64,000 bases of DNA. It comes from a virus (lineage: Duplodnaviria > Heunggongvirae > Uroviricota > Caudoviricetes). The DNA lies in the IMG/VR virus record IMGVR_UViG_2778261503_000006; one strand, given 5' to 3'. Made by a program: the position numbers and the translations under genes. Of this stretch, positions 9,037-18,800 are shown one piece after another (the first letter of the stretch is position 1; the number at the start of each line of letters is the position of its first letter). Below the pieces are notes generated by a model. It was not told the origin of the DNA and made no database searches. It saw nothing but the letters and a program-made list of their open reading frames with translations.

Positions 9037-9298
9037 AGCGTGGTGTAAGAATAAATTCAGGATGCTCTCCAGCAAGCAATAACAGGTACTCAAATTCACC
9101 AGCCATAAGGCGTCTCGGTTTATTTCTATCTTCTTTGAATTGCCAAGCCCGGAGTTGATACCCCATTTTGTGGGCTAACTCCGTTTGCGTTAGCCCCATT
9201 CGCTGGCGGATTTCAATTATAGTTTCCGGGGTGTTTGGTGGGAGTTGTTTCACAATATGCCCTTTGCCAATGCTGTGATTCGCAACGAAGTATATCAT
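9035..9298 (-). CDS. XRE-family helix-turn-helix regulator
   Basis: 87 aa; RQRMGLTQTELAHKMGYQLRAWQFKE HTH signature. Confidence 0.7.
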   Translation of the reverse strand: MIYFVANHSIGKGHIVKQLPPNTPETIIEIRQRMGLTQTELAHKMGYQLRAWQFKEDRNKPRRLMAGEFEYLLLLAGEHPEFILTPR

Positions 9299-9310
9299 CG
9301 TTGAATCGAT

Positions 9311-9613
9311 TCACAGAGCTGCGCCGAATAGACCGCAGCATGGCATCCCTTCATCACAGTACCTGGCCCATTCTTTTTGGCATTCTTCTGTTTGCGCGTA
9401 TTGGCTTAACGCGTCATCCAGCATATCCCAGGCCTTATAGGAATCCTCTGCAACGCTAAACAAAGTCCTGCCTTCCCGGCTTAGAATTTGCAGATTGTAA
9501 ATGTTTTCATTGCTCAGACATGCGCGGCTGATATGCATGTAAACCGACCATGCAGGAACTCGATTTTTGATAGCAAGTTGGTGTAATTTGGAATTAATTA
9601 AAGAGCTTTTCAT
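9311..9613 (-). CDS. hypothetical protein co-transcribed with the downstream HTH gene (possible toxin-like partner)
   Basis: 100 aa from ATG 9613 with GGAGA RBS; 13-bp gap to the HTH gene. Confidence 0.45.
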   Translation of the reverse strand: MKSSLINSKLHQLAIKNRVPAWSVYMHISRACLSNENIYNLQILSREGRTLFSVAEDSYKAWDMLDDALSQYAQTEECQKEWARYCDEGMPCCGLFGAAL

Positions 9614-9796
9614 GGGATTTCTCCGCAGCAAAGTGGTCAACTTTTTCAATCTTAATGCGCACAATGTGCATATTCAAGTTTTATTCTTCACTTTGTTACG
9701 AGAGGGGCCAGCCAATATTTCTAGTTGAAAAGATCCATCATCAAAAATCACATACTGATTATGCTGCCGCAAACTGAAAACATTTCGCGGTGACTC

Positions 9797-11479
9797 ATGG
9801 CAACGAAAGACAAAAACAAAGGCTTTCTGTCGGCATTGAAGAAAGCCTTCAACAGTGGCGATGTCACGCCTGCCGATCCGGTCGTTTTTACGAGCGGTCA
9901 TAGTGTCGTTGCGCGTTCTGGTCTGTCCGCTTTACGTCCGGGGATACTGGGTGGCAATAGCGATGGCATGACAAGCGCGGCAGATACAGTATCAATTTCG
10001 GCAGAACTGCCCGGCGACCGCCTGCAAAAGTACAACATCCTGGAAACGATGGCTAAAAGCCCGACTATCTCGACGGCTTTAAATATTCACATTGCACATG
10101 CGCTTGCGCCTTCAAAAAAAACCGGACAAGCATTCATCCTTTCGCCAAAGGATGGTTCCGATGCCGAGGCAGTAAGTAGATGTGAAGAGTTAACCGCTGA
10201 TTTGGGGACGATGATTAATGACGGACTTCCTTCATGGGCCATGATTATGGCGATCTTTGGGGTGTCTTATGTCCGACCTTATGCTGAACAGGGCAGGGGG
10301 ATAACAGGCATTGAGTCCAGTTATTACACTCTGCCACACTTCGTCCAGGAGTTTTATCGTGGTAGCCAGCTGGTAGGTTTCAGTGGTGATTACATTCTGG
10401 ATACGCATAGTTTGCGCAGAGTAATAACCGAACCGTGGAATCTGGTTTCCATGAAAAATCCCTATTGGACGCCACAGCATAAAGTTATTCCGGTTAGCTA
10501 CGGCACAAAAGGGTACTCACTGTTAAGTGATCAGGCTGATAAGCCGTTAATGGAGACGCAGAATTACGGAACTTCATTCCTGGAATACAGCTATGAACCT
10601 TACCTTAATTTATGTGCTTCGCTCGCCGCGCTGAAATCAACGCGAAATAATGCAGCCAAAATTGACCGCCTGATTGCTCTTACGACGAACACACTGGACC
10701 CGGTTAATGCGGCGAACTATACGCGTGGCGTCAGCCAGGCATTGAAGCGTCATAGTGACCTGGTGGCGCAAAGGTCGATTAATGCCAACGCTATTCCGAC
10801 TGTGCTTAACCATCTGATACCTGTTATGGGAGACGGGAAGAACGGCATCACCATTGATACGCAATCCATACCCGCAGATATCAGTGGTATCGAAGACGTT
10901 ATGTTTCACCTCCGGCAGCTTGCTGCAAGCCTCGGCATTGACGCAACAATGCTTGGCTGGGCTGATCAGATGAGCGGAGGGCTTGGAGAAGGCGGCTGGC
11001 AGCAAACTGCTATCCAGGCTGCATTGCGTGCGAACTGGATCAGACAGGCCGCCCAGCGAACTATTTATCGGCTTCTGGACATTCACCTCGCTTATAAATA
11101 CGGCAAGGTTTACACCGAAACAAACCGCCCTTATGACGTGCAATTCAACTCAATGAACACAGCTATCCAGGAAGAGGAAAACCGAGAACTGGATGCACGC
11201 GCCAACTTTGTTGCTGTCATCTCCCAAATTATGGACCAGATCCAGAACAACCCGAAACTGGCTGGTAGCGACGCGTTTATGCGTTATCTGTTCACTGAGC
11301 AGTTGCACATCGACGATGACACTCTCAACACCATGATCAAAGAGTTTAAGGCGAATGAATCAGAGCAAAACAACGAGCATGGTATGTACGAATCCGCGCC
11401 GTTGTCGTCCGGTGACGATCCGGAAAACTGGACGCCAGAACAGTTAATAAACTTTGCAAAATTTGTGATGAGCAATTAA
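9797..11479 (+). CDS. large structural/morphogenesis protein (portal-like by size and context; not confirmed)
   Basis: 560-aa ORF with strong coding signal; no diagnostic motif recognised. Confidence 0.55.
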   Translation: MATKDKNKGFLSALKKAFNSGDVTPADPVVFTSGHSVVARSGLSALRPGILGGNSDGMTSAADTVSISAELPGDRLQKYNILETMAKSPTISTALNIHIAHALAPSKKTGQAFILSPKDGSDAEAVSRCEELTADLGTMINDGLPSWAMIMAIFGVSYVRPYAEQGRGITGIESSYYTLPHFVQEFYRGSQLVGFSGDYILDTHSLRRVITEPWNLVSMKNPYWTPQHKVIPVSYGTKGYSLLSDQADKPLMETQNYGTSFLEYSYEPYLNLCASLAALKSTRNNAAKIDRLIALTTNTLDPVNAANYTRGVSQALKRHSDLVAQRSINANAIPTVLNHLIPVMGDGKNGITIDTQSIPADISGIEDVMFHLRQLAASLGIDATMLGWADQMSGGLGEGGWQQTAIQAALRANWIRQAAQRTIYRLLDIHLAYKYGKVYTETNRPYDVQFNSMNTAIQEEENRELDARANFVAVISQIMDQIQNNPKLAGSDAFMRYLFTEQLHIDDDTLNTMIKEFKANESEQNNEHGMYESAPLSSGDDPENWTPEQLINFAKFVMSN

Positions 11480-11492
11480 CCGGAGGGAAATA

Positions 11493-12491
11493 ATGCAATC
11501 ACTGAATACTGTTACGGATCGCTTCTCCCTGGTAGAGAAAATCCGCAAACACACACCGCAGAACAACCGAAATTACGTCATTCAGTCGGTACGAGACACA
11601 TTCAACTCGCCAGAAACAAAAGAGCGTATCGCGCTGGGTGAGATGTATGGTTATTACGGTCATGGTCGCCGGGCGATGCACTATAACAAAACGAAAAGCC
11701 TGAACTTGCCGGAAGTCTCTGTTGTGATGGTAGATGGGAAGCCTGTTGTATTGGAGAACGTGCCGTCAAACAGGACTATCGACATTTCGATTGACGACAA
11801 CGGCATTGTTACTCATACGCAGGAAATACTGGATACAGACACCGGGCGTATTGTTCAGGGCATGATTAATTCTGGTGCTGGTGGTTGGTCGTGGGCTACA
11901 TCTGGTCCAGATTCATCGGTATCCCTGGTAAAGTCTTTCCACGGCTTTGATTACGTAACTGTGCCTAACTATATCAGCCTCGACAAGAAAAGCCTGATGC
12001 TTGAATCAGCAGAAGAGCGCGATGCGGCTATTCATGCAGCACTTATCGAACAAGGTTTTACCGATAACGCTGCTACGGATCTGGTTCACCACTTTTCAGC
12101 AATGAAAAATCAGCAAGCCATGCTCGAATCTGCACATCGTGAAGCCCTGGAATCAGAATTGATGCTCCTTGAAGTGGAAAACATACAGCTTCGAGATAAG
12201 CTGCGCGCTCAAACAGCGATGATGGAAAGCCAGGGGGAAAATGCAAAGCAATACCGCCGGATTTTGCGTGAAGCTATCCAGGAAATGCCTGTTTTTATCA
12301 GCGCAGAACAGCGCCGGGCGCTCTGCCGTATGCAGTCTGAAGATGATGCCCGCATAGTGGCTGCGATGCTTGAATCTCTTGGGGCAAATGCTACTTATGG
12401 CTTACCGGTATCAGGCAAGAAAGAACCAGAGTTATCACCGAAGGAGAACAAAAACACTACCCCGTTACTCTTCGTTTCCAGAAGGGGGTAA
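11493..12491 (+). CDS. hypothetical protein with C-terminal coiled coil (head protease/scaffold-like by context; not confirmed)
   Basis: 332 aa, 14 bp downstream of the previous gene. Confidence 0.5.
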   Translation: MQSLNTVTDRFSLVEKIRKHTPQNNRNYVIQSVRDTFNSPETKERIALGEMYGYYGHGRRAMHYNKTKSLNLPEVSVVMVDGKPVVLENVPSNRTIDISIDDNGIVTHTQEILDTDTGRIVQGMINSGAGGWSWATSGPDSSVSLVKSFHGFDYVTVPNYISLDKKSLMLESAEERDAAIHAALIEQGFTDNAATDLVHHFSAMKNQQAMLESAHREALESELMLLEVENIQLRDKLRAQTAMMESQGENAKQYRRILREAIQEMPVFISAEQRRALCRMQSEDDARIVAAMLESLGANATYGLPVSGKKEPELSPKENKNTTPLLFVSRRG

Positions 12492-12502
12492 TCGCCTTGT
12501 TA

Positions 12503-12520
12503 AGTTAAATTTCTAACATA
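12503..12520 (-). promoter_or_regulatory. operator-like motif (core TGTTAGAAA, reverse orientation)
   Basis: agttaaatttctaacata; member of the dispersed motif family. Confidence 0.4.
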
Positions 12521-12608
12521 GTGTATTTATATACACTGTTGATCCTGGTGGATGGGATCGAGTAGGATCGCGGTCACTGCTCCGGTAGCGACTGCCAAAA
12601 AAGCAAAA

Positions 12609-12629
12609 GCCGCTTCTCAGCGGCTTTTT
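12609..12629 (+). terminator. rho-independent terminator
   Basis: gccgcttctcagcggc followed by ttttt. Confidence 0.7.
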
Positions 12630-12781
12630 GGGTGTATAAATCCACTGCCATAGATTTATACGGTAGATAGATTTTTTCACGGAACTATCTGGCGAGTATT
12701 TTAAATTCAGTTTCAGTAACTTTCAACACTTCTGAGTATAAAAACAACACTGAATACCACAAAAAAATCAAAGGTCATCAG

Positions 12782-13654
12782 TTGAGTTTTTTTGCTCGTC
12801 ATAGCGGTCTTCTTTCCCCTTCACATAGCGCCATTATTGCCGAGTTCGCCAACCTGGCAGGGTCTACCGATGAATACATGATCCGTCGCTCATATGCTGA
12901 TATGTCCGAGATTACAGGACGCAGTATTTCTACTGTGCGCCGGGCATTTGCTGAAGCGACGAAGTGCGGAATGCTTGTTAAGCAACATCAGGTAGCGAAT
13001 AACAATGCCCAGGTGTGTAACGTATATCGGTTTACGACACAATTTCTCCACTTCATTCATGTAGCAATGGAGATAGGGGGTAAGCAGGGCATCAAATTTG
13101 CCAACGCCACAAAACTGGTTAAGCAGTTGATTTCAAAGGTTCGTTATTTTTTTGAAACTGGGAACCCCCTGTTCAAATTGAACAAGTCCCCCCATGTTCA
13201 AAATGAACAGCCAATAGAAAATAAGAGTCACTCTATAGCCAAAAGAAGAGAAAGATCATGCGCGGTTCAGCCAAAGGCTTCACCTGCAGATAGTTCTCAA
13301 ACGGATAACGGGGTACTGGATAAAAAACCAGTAATCAGGGAAGAACATACCAACCACTGCCTGGCGGCGGCAAAAGCGAGAGCTGCAAAGCGTCGTTCAG
13401 ACGAGGGGCACGCAAAACGGCAGGCTCTGTATCGTACCGCTGAAAATCTGGCAAAAAAATTTGCATGGATACGTAGTGCCGCTACCGCAGTGAATAAGCC
13501 TAAACAATCCAGTGCCCTAGATTTCTCAATGGATTATTCTGGCTCCCAGGGGTGTGCAACCATTGGTGAAGCCTTTGACCTGATGAAACAGCGTGGCTAT
13601 CGGTCTGAATTTGACCGTGAGGATTGGTCAATCCCTGCGGGATTTAGGGGATGA
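12782..13654 (+). CDS. DNA-binding protein, possible replication initiator (RepL-like by size and context)
   Basis: 290 aa from TTG 12782; HTH-like ITGRSISTVRRAFAEA; preceded by GATC cluster and palindrome. Confidence 0.4.
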   Translation: MSFFARHSGLLSPSHSAIIAEFANLAGSTDEYMIRRSYADMSEITGRSISTVRRAFAEATKCGMLVKQHQVANNNAQVCNVYRFTTQFLHFIHVAMEIGGKQGIKFANATKLVKQLISKVRYFFETGNPLFKLNKSPHVQNEQPIENKSHSIAKRRERSCAVQPKASPADSSQTDNGVLDKKPVIREEHTNHCLAAAKARAAKRRSDEGHAKRQALYRTAENLAKKFAWIRSAATAVNKPKQSSALDFSMDYSGSQGCATIGEAFDLMKQRGYRSEFDREDWSIPAGFRG

Positions 13655-13707
13655 CCTGTGTGTCTACAAAACATCCCAATGATCGGAAAATGCTCGGCCG
13701 ATTATTT

Positions 13708-13738
13708 ATGTTAGAAAATTAATTTGCTGTTTCTAAAA
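13708..13738 (+). promoter_or_regulatory. operator-like motif pair (atgttagaaaattaattt plus inverted partial gtttctaaaa)
   Basis: upstream of the icd-like/ant operon. Confidence 0.45.
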
Positions 13739-14067
13739 CGGAATGTATGATCTGCATCATCGACTGAAGTCATCCATTGCTGAAATTTTTAGTTGATCTT
13801 CCATGTTTTCAGGCTTATATTCATGCCGTCGTAGCAAATTCTGCGACCGGGTTTGACAGCCTGAATGTTAGTGCGGACAACCGCAGATTTCCGATATTGC
13901 GGTATTTTTGTGTCCGTAAACCGCGTTACGCCCGAATTATGGTGGGGCGTGATGGGGAGGCTTCGGCCTGCTGGTTTCACTAACGCCAGTCTGTCAACCC
14001 TGTCACGTCCTGCCACCTGTTTGACAGCGGGTGGCAGGTTGTTAAACCTGTTAGTGAGGCCGTAACT

Positions 14068-14292
14068 ATGGTTAATGCCAATCCTTGCTCACGTCCAGAA
14101 TTCATCTGGCGTTTCCACTCCCTGCAAAAACGCTGCGATCACTTCGCAATTGCCGCAACCGAAAAAGAAGCCCGTTCTCTGATCCCTGATCAGCATGGTG
14201 TTCTTACTGGTCGTTTCTCTACTTCCCCACAACCAAACACTAATCCCTGGTATCGCAATATTACCAATCCCGGCATTGCGGAGGCTCACTGA
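14068..14292 (+). CDS. icd: Icd-like host cell division inhibitor family small protein
   Basis: 74 aa; EFIWRF...AATEKEAR pattern; immediately precedes an antirepressor gene with TGATG overlap. Confidence 0.55.
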   Translation: MVNANPCSRPEFIWRFHSLQKRCDHFAIAATEKEARSLIPDQHGVLTGRFSTSPQPNTNPWYRNITNPGIAEAH

Positions 14293-14999
14293 TGGGTATC
14301 TGCATTCTCGAAAAACTATCAATGACCAGCATTGAGATTGCGGAGCTGGTGGGAAGCCAACACTCTGACGTTAAACGTAGTATTGAGCGTATGGTTGCTC
14401 GAAGCATTATCCGAAAACCGCCAATGGCTGTTTTCGAAAAAATCAATAACTTAGGATTGCGTCGTGGCGTTGAGGCTTACGTCTTCGAAGGCGAGCAAGG
14501 CAAACGAGACAGCATCATTGTCGTCGCGCAGCTCTCTCCCGAATTCACCGCCCGGCTGGTGGACCGCTGGCGCGAACTGGAAGAACAAGTACGCCAGCCG
14601 TTGACCGAAATAGAGATGATCGCTGCAATGGCTGCGAATGCAGTTCAGCAGCAAAAGCTGATTCATGCTGTTGAGTCAAAGGTTAGCCAGGTCGCTGAAA
14701 CCGTCGAGCAAATAAAGAAAGGCAATATTCCGGAAGGCTACATTGGCTACCGCCAGTTGGCGGCGAAATGCGGCCTGACTGAAGCCAAATGCCGAAACCT
14801 TGTCAACGCTTACCGGATTCCCACCGATACACATGAGTTTTTGACTCCAGAGGGGGTATTGTCGCGTCGTTCCATCGTGGCCTTATCTCCCTTCATGAAT
14901 GCTTTTAACCGGATGATGTCGGAGGCTGAACACCGAGGAAAACGCTGGTATCACCCCAAAATGGGGCAATTCCAGGTGATCGGTTGGGGAGGTGAGTGA
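14292..14999 (+). CDS. ant: phage antirepressor (Rha/Ant family)
   Basis: 235 aa; MTSIEIAELVGSQHSDVKRSIERM N-terminal Rha-type motif; C-terminal half near-identical to 52799..53740. Confidence 0.7.
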   Translation: MGICILEKLSMTSIEIAELVGSQHSDVKRSIERMVARSIIRKPPMAVFEKINNLGLRRGVEAYVFEGEQGKRDSIIVVAQLSPEFTARLVDRWRELEEQVRQPLTEIEMIAAMAANAVQQQKLIHAVESKVSQVAETVEQIKKGNIPEGYIGYRQLAAKCGLTEAKCRNLVNAYRIPTDTHEFLTPEGVLSRRSIVALSPFMNAFNRMMSEAEHRGKRWYHPKMGQFQVIGWGGE

Positions 15000-15196
15000 T
15001 GGACATCATGCAGGCGGTAAAAAAAATCAGGGAAGGACAGGCTGAAGTGTGCCGCCGTAAAGCATGGAGTGTTGGTGTATGGGCCTGGCCTGATAATTAC
15101 TCTACTACCGGATGGTTTTGTATTAATGGACTCCAGATCCGGGAAGTTGATTTATCGACGGCTGATATAGTCGGTAATGATTGGATCGTGACTTGA
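14996..15196 (+). CDS. DUF2829-like small protein (Tad2-like fold candidate)
   Basis: 66 aa; KKIREGQAEVCRRKAWSVGVWAWP...NDWIVT; homologous to the C-terminus of the fused 313-aa Ant at 52799..53740. Confidence 0.5.
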   Translation: MMDIMQAVKKIREGQAEVCRRKAWSVGVWAWPDNYSTTGWFCINGLQIREVDLSTADIVGNDWIVT

Positions 15197-15204
15197 AGCG
15201 TGAT

Positions 15205-15229
15205 GCCCCGGCCTGGCCGGGGCTTTTTT
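15205..15229. terminator. bidirectional rho-independent terminator between convergent genes
   Basis: gccccggcctggccggggc followed by tttttt. Confidence 0.7.
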
Positions 15230-15714
15230 CATGCCTCATTAGTTGAGGTTGCTGCGTCTCCGACTGGTAACAGGGCGGTATTGCGTGGTTCGCCAGCAGG
15301 CCAGCGATAGCCAGACACTCTTGATGTTGGGAATGCGCGAATATTAACCGCATCCCCCTGGTTCCCACCCAGGACAAGCAGATCGCCATTGGCGCGGCGT
15401 CCGACAACGAAGCCTACGTGCCCACCGCCTACGCGGGTAAATACAACGATACATCCGTATGCCGGTGTATCTAATTTCTCGCCCCAATCCAGATAGGATT
15501 TTGCCGACTCAAATCTTGTTGAGCGAATGCCTACACGTTCCAGCATTGCACCGACAAATGCTGCGCACCACGGCGTTTCATCGTCTTTAATTCCGCCGCG
15601 CTTGATGTCGCGCCAGAACTGAACGATTTCAGGGTTGTGTTTAGCGCCTTTTATTTCAGTCAAGCCAATGTGCTTACGGGCTTCAATTAGCCAGCGAGGT
15701 TCAATGTTTGCCAT
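15229..15714 (-). CDS. CHAP/NlpC-P60-like putative peptidoglycan hydrolase (TIGR02594-like)
   Basis: 161 aa; N-terminal Cys (PWCAAFVG) and downstream His (GGGHVGFVVG) spaced as in papain-fold amidases. Confidence 0.55.
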   Translation of the reverse strand: MANIEPRWLIEARKHIGLTEIKGAKHNPEIVQFWRDIKRGGIKDDETPWCAAFVGAMLERVGIRSTRFESAKSYLDWGEKLDTPAYGCIVVFTRVGGGHVGFVVGRRANGDLLVLGGNQGDAVNIRAFPTSRVSGYRWPAGEPRNTALLPVGDAATSTNEA

Positions 15715-15865
15715 ATTTTTCTCCCGGTCATGGGTTAATAAGTAGGCAAACTATGGGGAGTATGTGATTTTGACGGTAGTATCGTCCCCCTGAAAATAAC
15801 ATTCTCCATACCCTCTCAACCGTACCGCATAGCGGAATTTTTTACGGTTTAGAGGGGGAAATCCT

Positions 15866-18800
15866 TTGGACAAACTACTTCATTCAATCAGTGAAGCCTC
15901 CAGCTTAGGCGAACTGATTGAAATTGTTAGTCGGTTGCATAAATTACGTGCTGTTGCGACCTTTGGCGTCAGGAAAGCCGATGGCGTCAGTATTCAGAAA
16001 ACACGCCGGGCAGCAAACAATGCCGCAGTAAATCTTCTTAATTCCCTTCCGCCCGGCTTCGATGGGGCGAAATTAACTGACGAACAACGTCAGATTCTTG
16101 CTGGGTATACCGGTGAAGGCGGCCTGACAGATGGTGAGGGCAGCCAATACGAATACTACACGCCACAGTTTATGGCTGAAGGTATATGGGAGCTGTTTGC
16201 TGACTACGGTATTGATGGCGGTCACGTACTGGAACCATCAGCTGGCACGGGTATTTTCCAGGAGACAAAACGGCAGGGAATGATAATGACCAGCGCCGAG
16301 CTGTCTCCGATCTCCGGTCGAATCAACCAGCTGTTGCACCCGGAAGACGATGTGAACATTGGGGCGTTTGAGGCTCTGGCGGCGAAAGACGCAATGTATG
16401 ACCACGCTGTTGGTAACGTACCGTTTGGCGAAGGCCGTTCCGGCGTTGCAGGGCTTGATCCGGCATATGCAAACGAGAAGAACGTTGGCAATTACTTTGT
16501 GCTGCGCACGATCGACAAGGTTAAACCTGGTGGGCTTATCGTATTGGTGGTGCCGAATGGCATGACTGATGGTACGAAATACAAAAAATTGCGCGATAAA
16601 GTCAGCCGTAAAGCGGAATTTTTGGGCGCGCATCGTATGCCTTCCGGTACGTTCAGTGAATCAGGTACAGATACCGTGGTGGACGTATGGGTATTGCGTA
16701 AACACCCGGAAGCCTTCCTGGAGATGATCCCCGATACGGATGATTCGACGCTCAAATCGGCAAACGTCCTTTGGGTTACCTTCCTCAAAGGGAAATGGTT
16801 TACAACCGAAGGGAAGCGATTTGTTTACGGCGACATGGAACGTACCAGCTTCCGCAATACCCTAGTGGTGAAAAAAGACGGTCGTGTATCCAATGAGTCG
16901 ATGAAAACCGCGCTATCTCGTCGCTTTGATAGTCGCATCAATTGGGATTTGCTCGGCGTAACTACTCAGGCATGGCAGGGCGCGAAAGTGGGCGATAAAC
17001 GCCTTGTAGGCGGTATCTGGCATGAGTTTGATGGTCTGAAATGGGTTCAGGACACGACAACCAAATCCTCCGCGCTTGATGTAAGTCGATATGGTGTTTC
17101 GACGTTTGGCGATCTGCAGATCGCGTTCCAGTCAACAAACGGGATTCTGGCTTTGTCATGGGACCAGATATCGGCGATCGCGTCCGACTATCCATCGGTT
17201 GTCAGTGATGAAGTGGCAGCAATGATTCGCTTTGCTGGCAAGCAGCGAGAAAAAGACAGGGAGCGCGTTATGCGCGGTGCACTGATAGGTCAGTTGATCA
17301 ACAAGGCACTTGATTTGCGTAACCTGGGGGTGAACGTTGATGACAAACTGGCAGATGCATCCCGCTTGGCGGCAGCAGAAGTTGCGAAGTATGGACCACC
17401 GCACGCGATTAAGCTGAATGGGCTTGCTGAAGCTGGCGCTAAAAACTGGATGACGTTCACTGGCAATGTGAAACAGGATGGTTCCACTTCTGACCTTCTG
17501 GCAGGGCGACTTGATGTAACGGATGGTGCTGCCGGTATTGACTTTACGCGTCCTGAACAAGTGATAGCACATCTTTTTAGTGATGTAGCCCTTAATCCTA
17601 TAACGCTGGGCGACTTTCGTGAGGCGTTTGCTGGTGAACTGCCAGAGGACGACGACGCGGTCCTTGAATACCTGGCGAAATTTGATGATATCGCTATTGA
17701 TGGGTATGGCTGTCTGCTGCCGATGGACCGCGCCACCAGCGGCGATGTTGCAACCAAAACAGCACTGCTGGTGGGCTGGCGTGATGCGTCAACAGGTGAG
17801 CAGAAAGCGAACTTTGAGCGTCAGTTGGCGAAAATCGAAGAGAAACGCATTTTCACGCCACTAAATAAAGTCACCGTTAATCTGAATGCCCGCTGGCTGG
17901 ATCGCCGCTTGATAAAAGAGTTCCTGGCAGAGCAGGGCTATGACGAGTTTAAGTACACTGAACCTGATCTGAAGGTCGTCGATGGCATTCTGGTATCTCC
18001 GGACGATTACGAAGGTAAGGACGGGGTATTTACCGGCTATCAGCTACGAACCGTAAACGGCAAAAACGGGAATGAGTTCAAGAAGGCCAACAATAAAGAC
18101 GGCTTCCTGAACCAGTTAGAAAACTACCTGAACGGTGTTAAACCGCGTGGGCAGAACGCTAACGAGTACCTGGATAAAATTGCTCAACTGGAAGTTAGCT
18201 TTAACGACTGGTTACGCACCCACCCGCAGGCGGATCAGATAGCCCGTGACTATAACGACGCATTCAATGGTTTCATTCCGTTCACACATTCTGACGCACC
18301 GCTTGGCCTGGAAGGGATTAGTGGAAAGCGCATTCCTCTGACTTATCAGAATGAAGAAGTTCGGCGCTTGTCAGAAGATGGGCGTGGCATCATGGGATTT
18401 GGTACCGGGCTGGGTAAAACCACGACCGCGCTTGCGCTTGAGGCGTATAACTTCGAAACAGGTCGCACTAAACGCACGTGTATTGTTGTTCCGAAGGCGG
18501 TTTATCAGAACTGGTATCACGAGGCACAGAGTTTCTACAGTGCTGATGCCTTCGCCAATATGATGTTTATCGGTTTGGATGAAGTTCGTGATGACAGCGG
18601 AAATATTCTGACCGCGCCGGTGCTTGATGAAAATGGCGAACCACGCCTCGACAGTAACGGGCAGCCTCTTACCAGAAATGTTGTGAAAGAGTCCTCCAGC
18701 GCCGTTATCGTTCAGCGTATGAACATGATCCCGTCGTCAAATTGGCGAACGGTCATCATGACAAAAGAACAATTCGCGTCTATCCCGCTACGAGAAAAAA

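Noticed and set aside
9797-12491. Naming the 560-aa and 332-aa products as portal protein and prohead protease
   Set aside because: Based only on size and neighbourhood; no diagnostic motif read, so left as hypotheses.
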